A stretch of DNA of 32,000 bases from Candidatus Scalindua sp. (GTDB lineage Bacteria; Planctomycetota; Brocadiia; Brocadiales; Scalinduaceae). The stretch covers positions 2,340,001 to 2,372,000 of the forward strand of contig JALDRA010000001.1 of assembly GCA_031316235.1 (NCBI GenBank), written 5' to 3'. Below the pieces are notes generated by a model. It was given only the letters and a program-made list of their open reading frames with translations. It did not search any database and was not told the DNA's origin. Positions 16,379 to 25,351 of the stretch are shown one piece after another. A program made the translations under genes and the position numbers. Numbering within the stretch: position 1 is the stretch's first letter; every line of letters begins with the position of its first letter.

Positions 16379-16987
16379 TTAGGGTTGAGGAGATGTTTCA
16401 CTATTACGTGAATCTGTACCGGCTGTTTTCGTTATCATTTCTTCAGTAAATCGTGCGTTTCTTTCAGTGAAAGCAGGATGCTCTCTCTTTCGATGGTGCG
16501 TAATTATTTTCAATATAAGTACATATGAAAGACCTCCGGCAAAAACTCCTGTAATAGTCCCACCAATTGACAAGGGGATAAAAATCTCTTTTCCAAGAGA
16601 AAGAAAAATTTTTAATTTATCATAAAAATCCCAGATACTGTAATTTTCTAATGTGTATTCAGCTTTCAGGAGAGATTGTTTAACTTCCATGAGAGAAGGT
16701 CCTCCCCAGAAAAAGTTACCAATCCTATAGGTAAATCCATAAATAAAAAGCATTGTGAGTGGATTGGTAATCCAGACAGATGCGATAGCTACCGGTCGGT
16801 TGGCATTAAAGAGAGTGGAAAAAAATACAGCGATAAATATTTGAGCCCCAAGAGTTGGTGTAAAAGCGATAAAGACGCCGATTGCGACTCCGAGACTGAC
16901 AGCTTTCGGGGAACCCTGTAATTTAATTAACCATGAGAGACCGTGTGATATTTTCTGCCAGATGTATCCTTGTCTGTGTTTTTTCAT
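16379..16987 (-). CDS. DUF2062 domain membrane protein
   Basis: GSPKAVSLGVAIGVFIAFTPTLGAQIFIAVFFSTLFNANRPVAIASVWITNPLT matches the DUF2062 pattern. The protein has multiple TM helices. Confidence 0.75.
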   Translation of the reverse strand: MKKHRQGYIWQKISHGLSWLIKLQGSPKAVSLGVAIGVFIAFTPTLGAQIFIAVFFSTLFNANRPVAIASVWITNPLTMLFIYGFTYRIGNFFWGGPSLMEVKQSLLKAEYTLENYSIWDFYDKLKIFLSLGKEIFIPLSIGGTITGVFAGGLSYVLILKIITHHRKREHPAFTERNARFTEEMITKTAGTDSRNSETSPQP

Positions 16988-17025
16988 TTATCGTAATCTA
17001 TTGGATCAAAAAGGGTAAAAATACT

Positions 17026-17195
17026 CAGAAGTGTCGGGGTAGTTTTCTGCAGAGGCCGATTCTGTCATCCCCGAACGCCCGTTCATTTCCGATTCCAGCT
17101 GAAAACATGCCTGCCCGAACAGATACAGACGGGCGGTAATGACAGTTTTGGGAGAATAATTATAAAACATGCAAAAAACTAATCGGACACTGTTT
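17026..17195 (+). mobile_element. Family-B MITE, copy B3 (complete, ~170 bp)
   Basis: Left TIR CAGAAGTGTCGGGGTAGTTTTCTGC and right TIR GCAAAAAACTAATCGGACACTGTTT. The flanking 9-bp repeats are AAAAATACT (17017-17025) and AAAAATATT (17196-17204), with one mismatch. The internal sequence is shared with B1. Confidence 0.8.
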
Positions 17196-17349
17196 AAAAA
17201 TATTGCGTTTTGTGATTTTGATGGTATTTTAAATTTCTTGAACGGTAAGGGCATTATTGTACCAGACAGAATTCCTAATACGGAGTACAATATATCTCAA
17301 ACTGGGTAACTTATCAAGTGGCTCTGTAATCATTTCTATTGATATGAAG

Positions 17350-17462
17350 TATACTCATCTTATAAGGGTTTTTCGATAAAATCAGAGAAAAAAGGGAACA
17401 GGTATACAGGTAACCAGGCTTTGGTTTGGTGAAAAAACTAAAACCAAATCGGTTTTAGTATA
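17350..17462 (+). repeat. Family-A repeat, copy A7 (diverged, variant M2 hairpin)
   Basis: The sequence runs TATACTCATCTTATAAGGGTTTTTCGATAAAATCAGAGAAAAAAGGGAACAGGTATACAGGTAACCAGGCTTTGGTTTGGTGAAAAAACTAAAACCAAATCGGTTTTAGTATA. It ends 32 nt before the ATPase GTG start. Confidence 0.8.
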
Positions 17463-17494
17463 TCTATCAATAGGGGTTTAAAGGAGGATTTTCT

Positions 17495-20212
17495 GTGGCT
17501 GACGTAAATCAGATAGATGACAGAAAGAGTATCCCCTGGCATGCCAGGGGCATCGAGACGGTATTTTCCGATAGTGCGAGTCAGCCAGAAGGACTGGCGG
17601 AGGCGGAGGCAGAGCAGCGTTTGTTAAAACACGGGCCTAATAAACTGACACCTCCCGGGAAACGGAGCCTGGTATCACGGCTTTTCGCGCAGATAAACAA
17701 TGTACTCATCTACGTGCTTCTCGGTTCAGCACTTATTACTGCATTGCTTCGCCACTGGTTTGATTCAGGGATTATCTTTGGCGTGGTTATCTTAAACGCG
17801 CTCATCGGATTCATTCAGGAGGGTAAAGCGGAAAAGGCCCTGGATGCTATTCGGGACATGCTCTCTCTCCAGGCATCCGTATTGAGAGATAAAAAACGTA
17901 TCATGCTTCCCGCAGACCGCGTAGTACCGGGTGACATAGTGTTTCTGCAATCCGGGGATAAGGTTCCGGCAGATATCCGGTTATTTAAGGTGAGGGATCT
18001 GCGTATTGATGAATCTGCGCTCACCGGGGAGTCTGTTCCGGTAGAAAAGACAACGCTCCCTGTGGACAGGGATAAAACGGTGGGCGACAGAACCTGCATG
18101 GCTTTTTCCGGTACCTTTGTAACCTATGGCCAGGGGCAGGGAGTTGTTGTCGGCACCGGTGATGATACAGAGATCGGAAGAATCAGCTCAATGCTTGCAC
18201 AGGTTGCGCCTTTAACCACCCGATTACTCAAACAGATGTCAGAATTCGGGCGTCAATTGACCGTGGCAATTGTCTCCATAGCTATCGCAACGTTTCTCTT
18301 CGGTATGTTTGTAAGAAGTTACTCCTTTGTGGATATGTTCATGGCAAGTGTCGGCCTTTTTGTCGCGGCAATTCCCGAGGGACTGCCCGCAATCATTTCC
18401 ATAGCACTGGCAATTGGTGTCCAGTCGATGGCACGGAGGAAGGCCATTATACGGCGTCTTCCGGCAGTGGAAACCCTCGGTTCCGTTACGGTTATCTGTT
18501 CTGACAAGACAGGAACCTTGACACGTAATGAGATGACGGTTCAGACGGTTGTTACGGTGAACAATACCTTTGATGTCAGCGGGGTTGGCTATGACCCCCA
18601 TGGGGGCTTTTCCTTGAAGGGAAAAGAGGCCTCCTTAAAGGATTACCCTGAAATAGGAGATATAGCGCGTTCCGTCCTTCTCTGTAATGATGCGACATTG
18701 AATGAAATTGAGGGAAAATGGTGCATGCAGGGTGACCCTACCGAGGGAGCGTTGATTACCCTGGCGAAAAAGGCGGGTATAGAACACTCATTTGAAAATG
18801 AAAATGAAAATGTACCGCGTGTCGATACCATTCCGTTTGAATCGGAGCACCGCTTCATGGCAACGCTGCATCACGACCATACCGGTCACCGGTTTATCTA
18901 CCTGAAAGGTGCCCCGGAGCGGGTATTAGAACTCTGTACTCATCAGCGGTGTTACGGTAAAAAAGCAGCCATAAACAATTCCTACTGGCAGGATAAAATT
19001 CTGGATATTGCTAGCAGGGGACAACGAGTGATCGCCGTGGCATATAAAGCCGTCAAAAGGGACAAACAACAGATCAATTTTGCTGATGTAGAGGAAGGTA
19101 TGACACTGCTCGGATTTATCGGAATAATTGATCCTCCCAGTGAAGAGGCAATGGCAGCGATAAAACAGTGTAAAAATGCGGGTATCAGGGTGAAAATGAT
19201 CACCGGCGACCACGCGTTGACAGCACAGGTCATAGGTGCTCAGCTGGGTATCGGGGATAATAAGATGGTACTGACGGGAAATGAATTAGATACATTCACG
19301 GATGATCAGTTAAGTGAGAAAGTACAGACCGTGGATATATTTGCCCGGGTAAGTCCGGCGCACAAGTTACGTCTCGTAGAGATATTACAGCGTAATGGCG
19401 AAGTGGTGGCAATGACGGGAGACGGAGTGAATGATGCGCCTGCACTGAAACGGGCGGATGTTGGTATTGCCATGGGTATCAAGGGTACCGAGGTATCGAA
19501 AGAGGCTTCAGAAATGGTGTTGACAGATGATAATTTCTCTTCCATTGTAAGTGCCGTGGAAGAAGGCAGGAGAGTTTATGATAACATAAAAAAATCGATT
19601 GTCTTTATTCTGCCTACCAATGTTGGTGAAGCAGGAATGATTATTGTTGCCATACTGTCAGGTCGAATGCTGCCGATCACTCCTATTCAGATCCTCTGGG
19701 TTAATATGATTACGGCTGTTACCCTTTGCTTATCGCTGGTATTTGAGCAACCTGAACATGGAACAATGAATAAACCGCCACGGGACCCCAGAGAACCGAT
19801 TCTCTCGCTTTTCTTAGCCTGGAGAATCCTCTTTGTCTCTTTCATCATTATCCTGGGTACCTTCGGTCTCTTTTTATGGGATAGCCTCCACAGTGCTTCC
19901 CTCGAAGAGTCAAGAACCATGGCGGTAAATACCCTTGTGATGTTTGAGGTCTTTTATCTCTTCAATATCCGTTATCTGAGAAGATCAGTTTTGAGCGTAA
20001 ACGGATTATTCGGGAATCGGTACGTCTTGATTGCAGTCGCGGCAACGATCGTAATCCAGATGGGATTTACGTATGCCCCTCCGATGCAGCACATTTTCGG
20101 GACTGCTCCCCTTACGTGGAAAAACTGGATATTTATCGTTATGGTCGCGTCTTCAGTGTTTATTTTTGTAGAATTGGAAAAGATATTACTCAAAAAAAGG
20201 AGTAACGGTTAA
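17495..20212 (+). CDS. P2-type cation-transporting ATPase (Ca2+-ATPase-like)
   Basis: An AAAGGAGGA RBS precedes the GTG start. Motifs are TGES, the IPEGLP TM4 motif, CSDKTGTLT, MITGD and TGDGVNDAPALK, across 905 aa. Confidence 0.9.
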   Translation: MADVNQIDDRKSIPWHARGIETVFSDSASQPEGLAEAEAEQRLLKHGPNKLTPPGKRSLVSRLFAQINNVLIYVLLGSALITALLRHWFDSGIIFGVVILNALIGFIQEGKAEKALDAIRDMLSLQASVLRDKKRIMLPADRVVPGDIVFLQSGDKVPADIRLFKVRDLRIDESALTGESVPVEKTTLPVDRDKTVGDRTCMAFSGTFVTYGQGQGVVVGTGDDTEIGRISSMLAQVAPLTTRLLKQMSEFGRQLTVAIVSIAIATFLFGMFVRSYSFVDMFMASVGLFVAAIPEGLPAIISIALAIGVQSMARRKAIIRRLPAVETLGSVTVICSDKTGTLTRNEMTVQTVVTVNNTFDVSGVGYDPHGGFSLKGKEASLKDYPEIGDIARSVLLCNDATLNEIEGKWCMQGDPTEGALITLAKKAGIEHSFENENENVPRVDTIPFESEHRFMATLHHDHTGHRFIYLKGAPERVLELCTHQRCYGKKAAINNSYWQDKILDIASRGQRVIAVAYKAVKRDKQQINFADVEEGMTLLGFIGIIDPPSEEAMAAIKQCKNAGIRVKMITGDHALTAQVIGAQLGIGDNKMVLTGNELDTFTDDQLSEKVQTVDIFARVSPAHKLRLVEILQRNGEVVAMTGDGVNDAPALKRADVGIAMGIKGTEVSKEASEMVLTDDNFSSIVSAVEEGRRVYDNIKKSIVFILPTNVGEAGMIIVAILSGRMLPITPIQILWVNMITAVTLCLSLVFEQPEHGTMNKPPRDPREPILSLFLAWRILFVSFIIILGTFGLFLWDSLHSASLEESRTMAVNTLVMFEVFYLFNIRYLRRSVLSVNGLFGNRYVLIAVAATIVIQMGFTYAPPMQHIFGTAPLTWKNWIFIVMVASSVFIFVELEKILLKKRSNG

Positions 20213-20281
20213 GAAAAAACGGTCCTGAAATCTTAGTGTTCAGGATCGCTGAAGACCTGCTTCAGGAAAACCAATTTATTC

Positions 20282-21274
20282 ATGACATACAGCATATTCC
20301 TTTTAATAACCGGCCTGGGTTTGCTCCTTGGAGGGGGGAGTGTATTGGTACGGGGATCATCCTCATTAGCAAAAAACCTTGGTGTTTCTCCCCTCGTGAT
20401 TGGTTTGACTGTGGTTGCCTTTGGTACCAGTGCCCCTGAATTGACGGTAAACATGCTGGCAGCTATCAAAGGTAGCGGAGATATCTCATTCGGCAATATA
20501 ATCGGGTCGAATATTGCGAACATAGGCCTGGTGCTTGCCTGCGCAGCCATTATCAAACCTCTGAAAATTGAAAGTTCTGTAATTACCCGGGAAATCCCCA
20601 TGATGCTTCTCGCCTCAATAGCAGCAGTTATTATGGGATGTGATATCTTTTTTAGAAATGCCGGGGAGATGTATGACCGGTCAGATGGATTACTGCTTTT
20701 ATTGTTTTTTGGGGTGTTTATTTATTACACCATAAGCGGTGTCTTGAAGCAAAAATCAACTGACCTGTTTGTCGTACAGGCAGAGGGACAGGGTGAACAA
20801 TACGTTCTGCCGGTACGATGGAGGTTGATAGGTATCGATCTTTCTCTTACCCTTGCCGGTCTGGCACTATTAATTATTGGCGGTAAAATTTCTGTAGATT
20901 CAGCCATAAAACTTGCTCAATTATTCGGTGTGCCTGAGGTCATCATTGGATTAACCATTATTGCAGTAGGGACCAGCTTGCCGGAATTGATTACCTCCGT
21001 TATCGCCGCCTGGCGCGGACAGGCAGAACTGGCAGTTGGAAATGTGGTTGGTTCAAACATCTTCAATCTCCTTTTTGTGACAGGTCTTGGTGCATCGATA
21101 AAACCCATTGGAATTCCTTCATCAGGTCAGACAGACCTCTTCATGATGCTTTTTCTGGCTGTCATATTACTTCCGCTCTCCATCAGCAATCAGCGTCGTA
21201 TCGTTCGGCTGGAGGGTATATTTTTACTAGCCCTCTATGCCGGCTATACCCTGTGGCGAATTTTCCATGTATGA
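20282..21274 (+). CDS. Ca2+/Na+ antiporter (CaCA family, YrbG-like)
   Basis: It has two alpha-repeat motifs, GTSAPEL and GTSLPEL, each followed by GNIIGSNI or GNVVGSNI, and about 10 TM helices. Confidence 0.88.
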   Translation: MTYSIFLLITGLGLLLGGGSVLVRGSSSLAKNLGVSPLVIGLTVVAFGTSAPELTVNMLAAIKGSGDISFGNIIGSNIANIGLVLACAAIIKPLKIESSVITREIPMMLLASIAAVIMGCDIFFRNAGEMYDRSDGLLLLLFFGVFIYYTISGVLKQKSTDLFVVQAEGQGEQYVLPVRWRLIGIDLSLTLAGLALLIIGGKISVDSAIKLAQLFGVPEVIIGLTIIAVGTSLPELITSVIAAWRGQAELAVGNVVGSNIFNLLFVTGLGASIKPIGIPSSGQTDLFMMLFLAVILLPLSISNQRRIVRLEGIFLLALYAGYTLWRIFHV

Positions 21275-21448
21275 TAAAGAACCTGCTGTATCTGAAAAAC
21301 AGCGGAGATCCGGTCGTAAAAACTCTGCTCCGCTTTACACAGTACCCGGGGAAAATCTCGTCATTCATAAGGATATTTATGGAAAAGGGAACTGAATAGT
21401 CAGGCTCCTGAAATTGAGTATCGGGTGCTCTAGTGAAAGAAGAAAGAG

Positions 21449-21477
21449 TTGAAATAGTGCAGCTTTTGTTTTATAAT
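21449..21477 (+). promoter_or_regulatory. Strong sigma70-type promoter candidate upstream of A8 and sodB
   Basis: TTGAAA (21449-21454), an exactly 17-nt spacer, then TATAAT (21472-21477). Confidence 0.55.
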
Positions 21478-21512
21478 GAAGCACCTTTCTTACAAAGAGT
21501 GAGTGCCTGTAC

Positions 21513-21638
21513 TATGCTAAAACCGATTTGGTTTCCGGTTTTACCGGAAACCAAATCTTGGTGAAGGTATCTCCGGACAAAAAGCGTCGAGGACTTTACT
21601 CGCTCAATTTTTTCTCGGATTTTATCCGAAAACCATTA
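21513..21638 (-). repeat. Family-A repeat, copy A8 (long form, M1 terminus missing), in sodB leader
   Basis: The sequence is TATGCTAAAACCGATTTGGTTTCCGGTTTTACCGGAAACCAAATCTTGGTGAAGGTATCTCCGGACAAAAAGCGTCGAGGACTTTACTCGCTCAATTTTTTCTCGGATTTTATCCGAAAACCATTA. Homology stops about 23 nt before the sodB ATG, where the RBS GGAGG begins. Confidence 0.85.
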
Positions 21639-21661
21639 ATTGTGAAATGGAGGATAATTAA

Positions 21662-22252
21662 ATGATTACACTGCCTGAATTACCATATACAAAAGACGCA
21701 TTGGAACCTTATATCAGTTCAAAAACGCTGGATTTTCATTATGGAAAGCACCATAATGCATATGTTGTTAATACCAATAAGTTACTTGAAAACCATGCGT
21801 TGAAAGACAAAACTCTTGAAGAGATCATAAAGGATACCACGGGAGACTCTTCACAGGCAGGGCTATTCAACAACGCAGCACAGGTATGGAATCATACTTT
21901 TTACTGGAACAGTATAAAACCGAAGGGAGGCGGACAACCCGCAGGCAGAATAGCTGACAGGATAAAGAGTGATCTGGGTGGATATGATAAATTTGTTGAG
22001 GCTCTCCAGACGGCCGGGGCCGGTCAGTTTGGAAGCGGGTGGGCATGGCTGGTTGTGAATAAAGAGGGAAAACTTGAGGTTACAAAGACAGCCAATGCTG
22101 ATACGCCCCTGGCGCACGGATTAAAGCCGGTGCTCACAGTGGATGTATGGGAGCATGCATATTATCTGGATTATCAAAACCGAAGACCTGATTATCTTAA
22201 AAGTTTTATTGAAAATCTCATAAATTGGGATTTTGCGAATTCAAATATATAA
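21662..22252 (+). CDS. sodB: Fe-type superoxide dismutase
   Basis: LPELPY, HHNAYV, FNNAAQVWNHTFYW and DVWEHAYYLDYQNRRPDY are canonical Fe/Mn-SOD motifs with Fe-type residues. Confidence 0.92.
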   Translation: MITLPELPYTKDALEPYISSKTLDFHYGKHHNAYVVNTNKLLENHALKDKTLEEIIKDTTGDSSQAGLFNNAAQVWNHTFYWNSIKPKGGGQPAGRIADRIKSDLGGYDKFVEALQTAGAGQFGSGWAWLVVNKEGKLEVTKTANADTPLAHGLKPVLTVDVWEHAYYLDYQNRRPDYLKSFIENLINWDFANSNI

Positions 22253-22305
22253 CGAGATAGATCCATAAATGAAAAAAGCAGCGTGATTATTTTTCGCTCT
22301 TCGGA

Positions 22306-22340
22306 GCCGTCCATCCTCACTGAACGCTGGGGTGGACGGC
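22306..22340. terminator. Stem-loop between convergent sodB and octahaem cytochrome genes (possible terminator)
   Basis: GCCGTCCATCC pairs with GGGTGGACGGC in an 11-bp stem containing one G-U pair, with a 13-nt loop. No clear U-tract follows. Confidence 0.3.
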
Positions 22341-22441
22341 AGAGGATGCAGGAAAGATATTCCTTTTAGAGAGCCTTCCGTCAAATGAATTGATATTTTC
22401 CCTATTTTTATTCACGGATTCTGATACAGAGCCTTATTTTT

Positions 22442-23950
22442 TTATTCCATTTTTTTAAGCAGCTTCTTCAAGGCCATCATTTCACGCATCTCCTCAAGAT
22501 TTTCTATTAACTGGAACCAGCCATTTTTAAAGGCGATATAGTCGTAGCCTCCCATGGCAGAACCAAATCGTATAGAGTTGGCGTTGAAGAACCATTGTTT
22601 TAACCACCTACGCTCAATCATTTCGTCAAAAGGATTAGATGGATCTTCCAGTCCTTCATTCCAGACGTTTAAAAGCAGGTTTGTAGCGGTCAAGGTCATC
22701 CTGTCTGTTTCCGCTATGGTTGAATCCAATTTTTTAAAGTGCTGATTTGTTAAATCAGAATTGTGACAGGATTTACATACCTTTTTCATTATATTTTGAC
22801 GCTCTGTCTGCTCGTCTTTGTCAATAAGGTATCCGGTACTTGGTTCACCATCGAGAGCGGTAGGAAGCGGCAGACCGTCTTTGTTCCTGATTAAATATGT
22901 CTTGCCGCTTTTCGGTTGAGGATGGGAGTAGGGTAGTCCGAATAATCTTACCCATGACCTCGATCCAAAATTATGTGTCCTCGATACGATGACCTTGTTA
23001 TCTTCCGTAACTATCAGACTGTTGTGACACACCGCACAGGTAGGTGCGGTAAAATCTTTACCGACTCTCCAGGGAACATTATCCCAGTTCCATTCATGCT
23101 GCTTTGAGCTGAAAATGTTTCCATGTTTACTATCTTTATAAACCTCAAACCCGGGGACATCCGGTTCAAGATGGCACTGGGAGCACGTATAAGGTTTTCT
23201 GGCTATTTCTATGGAAAAGCTGTGTCTTGGATGGCACGGGGTGCATGCCCCACGGCTTCCATCAGGATTAATCCTCCCTACCCCCTGATTTGGCCAGTTT
23301 ATGAGATCAGGGACATTAATATCTCCGGAGCTGGTGGAGATCTTCTTTGTTCCGTTTACGCTGACCATACTGCCGTGACAGGAATAGCATGCCTCAAGTT
23401 TTGCGTTTTCAGATGACTTAAGATCGGTTATCTCATTACCTTCGATTTCTTTGCTGCTTGTAAGCGTCTCAACAAGGGTATGATAAAGAGGGTTTTTCTG
23501 AATGTTGTCTAACGCATATGCTTTTTTACTATCTGAATACTGCTCTACCTCAACAGAATGACAGGTCTTGCAGTCATTTGGTGAAACTATCACATTGATT
23601 TGAAACCCGAAGTGTTCGAAATTGTCCTTGTGAAGGGTAGGGTTCTGACTATGACATTCATAGCAGCCAACTGCTACAGCTCTTAATGCTTCCGGAATTG
23701 AATCACTTGAAACCCTTCTCTCCAGGGCAGGTTTTTTCATTGCCATATCCGGGGTTATTTTTGAGTGTCTGCTTGTCAACCAATCTGCAACTATTCCCGG
23801 AGTAGATTCCTTGTGACACAGAACGCATATTTGTGTCTGCTCGCTTACATCAGGTGTTGCAGACAGGAACGATTTCTCTTCCGCATCAACTTGAATACTA
23901 TTCAAAAACGCCATACCTATACAAAACAGTGCAACAGACATTTGCTTCAT
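22442..23950 (-). CDS. Octahaem cytochrome c, hydroxylamine oxidoreductase (HAO) family
   Basis: A signal peptide is present. The eight CXXCH motifs are CVLCH, CYECH, CKTCH, CYSCH, CTPCH, CSQCH, CAVCH and CKSCH. By eye it is collinear with the Nitrosomonas HAO blocks CVECH...W..S.H, C.NCH.RH.FS..E.RKP..C..CH and APTCA.CH. Confidence 0.85.
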   Translation of the reverse strand: MKQMSVALFCIGMAFLNSIQVDAEEKSFLSATPDVSEQTQICVLCHKESTPGIVADWLTSRHSKITPDMAMKKPALERRVSSDSIPEALRAVAVGCYECHSQNPTLHKDNFEHFGFQINVIVSPNDCKTCHSVEVEQYSDSKKAYALDNIQKNPLYHTLVETLTSSKEIEGNEITDLKSSENAKLEACYSCHGSMVSVNGTKKISTSSGDINVPDLINWPNQGVGRINPDGSRGACTPCHPRHSFSIEIARKPYTCSQCHLEPDVPGFEVYKDSKHGNIFSSKQHEWNWDNVPWRVGKDFTAPTCAVCHNSLIVTEDNKVIVSRTHNFGSRSWVRLFGLPYSHPQPKSGKTYLIRNKDGLPLPTALDGEPSTGYLIDKDEQTERQNIMKKVCKSCHNSDLTNQHFKKLDSTIAETDRMTLTATNLLLNVWNEGLEDPSNPFDEMIERRWLKQWFFNANSIRFGSAMGGYDYIAFKNGWFQLIENLEEMREMMALKKLLKKME

Positions 23951-24186
23951 TTTTTTATCTCCCTATTGATTATTGAGACGGTTAATAAAAGGCATTGTGT
24001 TTACATTAAACCATCGCGATACCGTACCGTGCATTCACACGGCCCATTTCCTTATCCCCTCTTTTTTACAGGAGAAACAGGGATGTGAGAACCGTACTGT
24101 TGAACAGAACCGGTCGAAATTCCTCGGTTCAGAGATACTCAGTGTCTGAAATTCTGATCGTGAAAGGAGGACAGATTTTCACCCTT

Positions 24187-25200
24187 CTATCTCAAGTGAA
24201 TTATTATTCCTCTTAATAAACGTCCAAGTATATCAGCTCCGGTAATTACCCGTTTTTCATCGCACCAGACAAGGATAACATCATGGTCAATAACATCATC
24301 ACCCGCACGTTCCGGCCTCACTCGCAATTTTAATATTACATTACCCAGCTCAATATGAGGATCTTTTACAATAATAGGGCGATGACAGTAAGCATATGGA
24401 TGGTCACTCATCTTATTAAATAAGACAGACCTGAGAAATCCATCTGAATCAAGGACAAGGTGGGGTTCGTCTGACTCATCTATTATAATGACCCACTTTT
24501 TGCCGGATGACTGGATTTGCTGAAGGAAAGGGTCAGAGGGGCTTCTTTCAAACGCGGGGAAAACAGGTAACCCTCTGGAAAGAGGTAATTTGATAATACT
24601 TTTCGGATCAACAGGCTCCCCTTCATGGGACACAAGAAGATCGTCAATATCCAGAAAATTCAGAGCCCCCAGCCCTTCGAGCCGGTCTACATCGACATCA
24701 CTGGCCTCTACGTGTTTTTTTATTATTTCACGCAGACCCCTTTCACGGAAATACTGTATATTCTCCTGCCCGAGCCAGAGATCAAGAAGTTTTGCGGAAG
24801 GTTTTACGATCGGATAAAGAATTATTTGATATATCTTAAAGAGGGGCATGAGAAGTGAGGCCATCTTGAGGGCGTTTCGCGAAAAATACGCCTGCGGCAT
24901 GATTTCACCAAAGATAGTGATGACAAAAGTGGAAAAAATGAATGCCCAGAGTCCAGTGAGAATAGAGCCTGATAAGAGTGTCATAAGGACATTAACTCCC
25001 ACATTTCCCCATAAGACAGTAGTTAGTAAATAGTTTGAATCTTTTCTGAGTGCAAGGACTTTTTTAGCGTTGTTGTTTCCTGTTAAAGCCTCAACCTCCA
25101 GGCTTAGTCTTGTCACGCTGAAAAAAGCGAGATTGAGACCTGAAAACATGGCTGACTGAGATATGCAGAAAGCTATGGCTATCCATATTAAAGTTTCCAT
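24187..25200 (-). CDS. DUF21/CNNM-domain membrane protein
   Basis: The N-terminal domain shows the DUF21 pattern: AFCISQSAMFSGLNLAFFS, LLTTVLWGNVGVNV and GEIMPQAYF. The C-terminal half is not a clear CBS-pair/CorC. Confidence 0.75.
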   Translation of the reverse strand: METLIWIAIAFCISQSAMFSGLNLAFFSVTRLSLEVEALTGNNNAKKVLALRKDSNYLLTTVLWGNVGVNVLMTLLSGSILTGLWAFIFSTFVITIFGEIMPQAYFSRNALKMASLLMPLFKIYQIILYPIVKPSAKLLDLWLGQENIQYFRERGLREIIKKHVEASDVDVDRLEGLGALNFLDIDDLLVSHEGEPVDPKSIIKLPLSRGLPVFPAFERSPSDPFLQQIQSSGKKWVIIIDESDEPHLVLDSDGFLRSVLFNKMSDHPYAYCHRPIIVKDPHIELGNVILKLRVRPERAGDDVIDHDVILVWCDEKRVITGADILGRLLRGIIIHLR

Positions 25201-25351
25201 TGTTAGAATTTCGGTTTAGGCAATAGGTATACAGTTCATTTAATTTGAATACTCGTTATCATAATTAGTGTTTTGACGAAAACTACCTGTCTGCGGCGTT
25301 GCTGCAATATGGTATCATATGTACTTACAGGATTTCAACGGGCTTTTTTAT

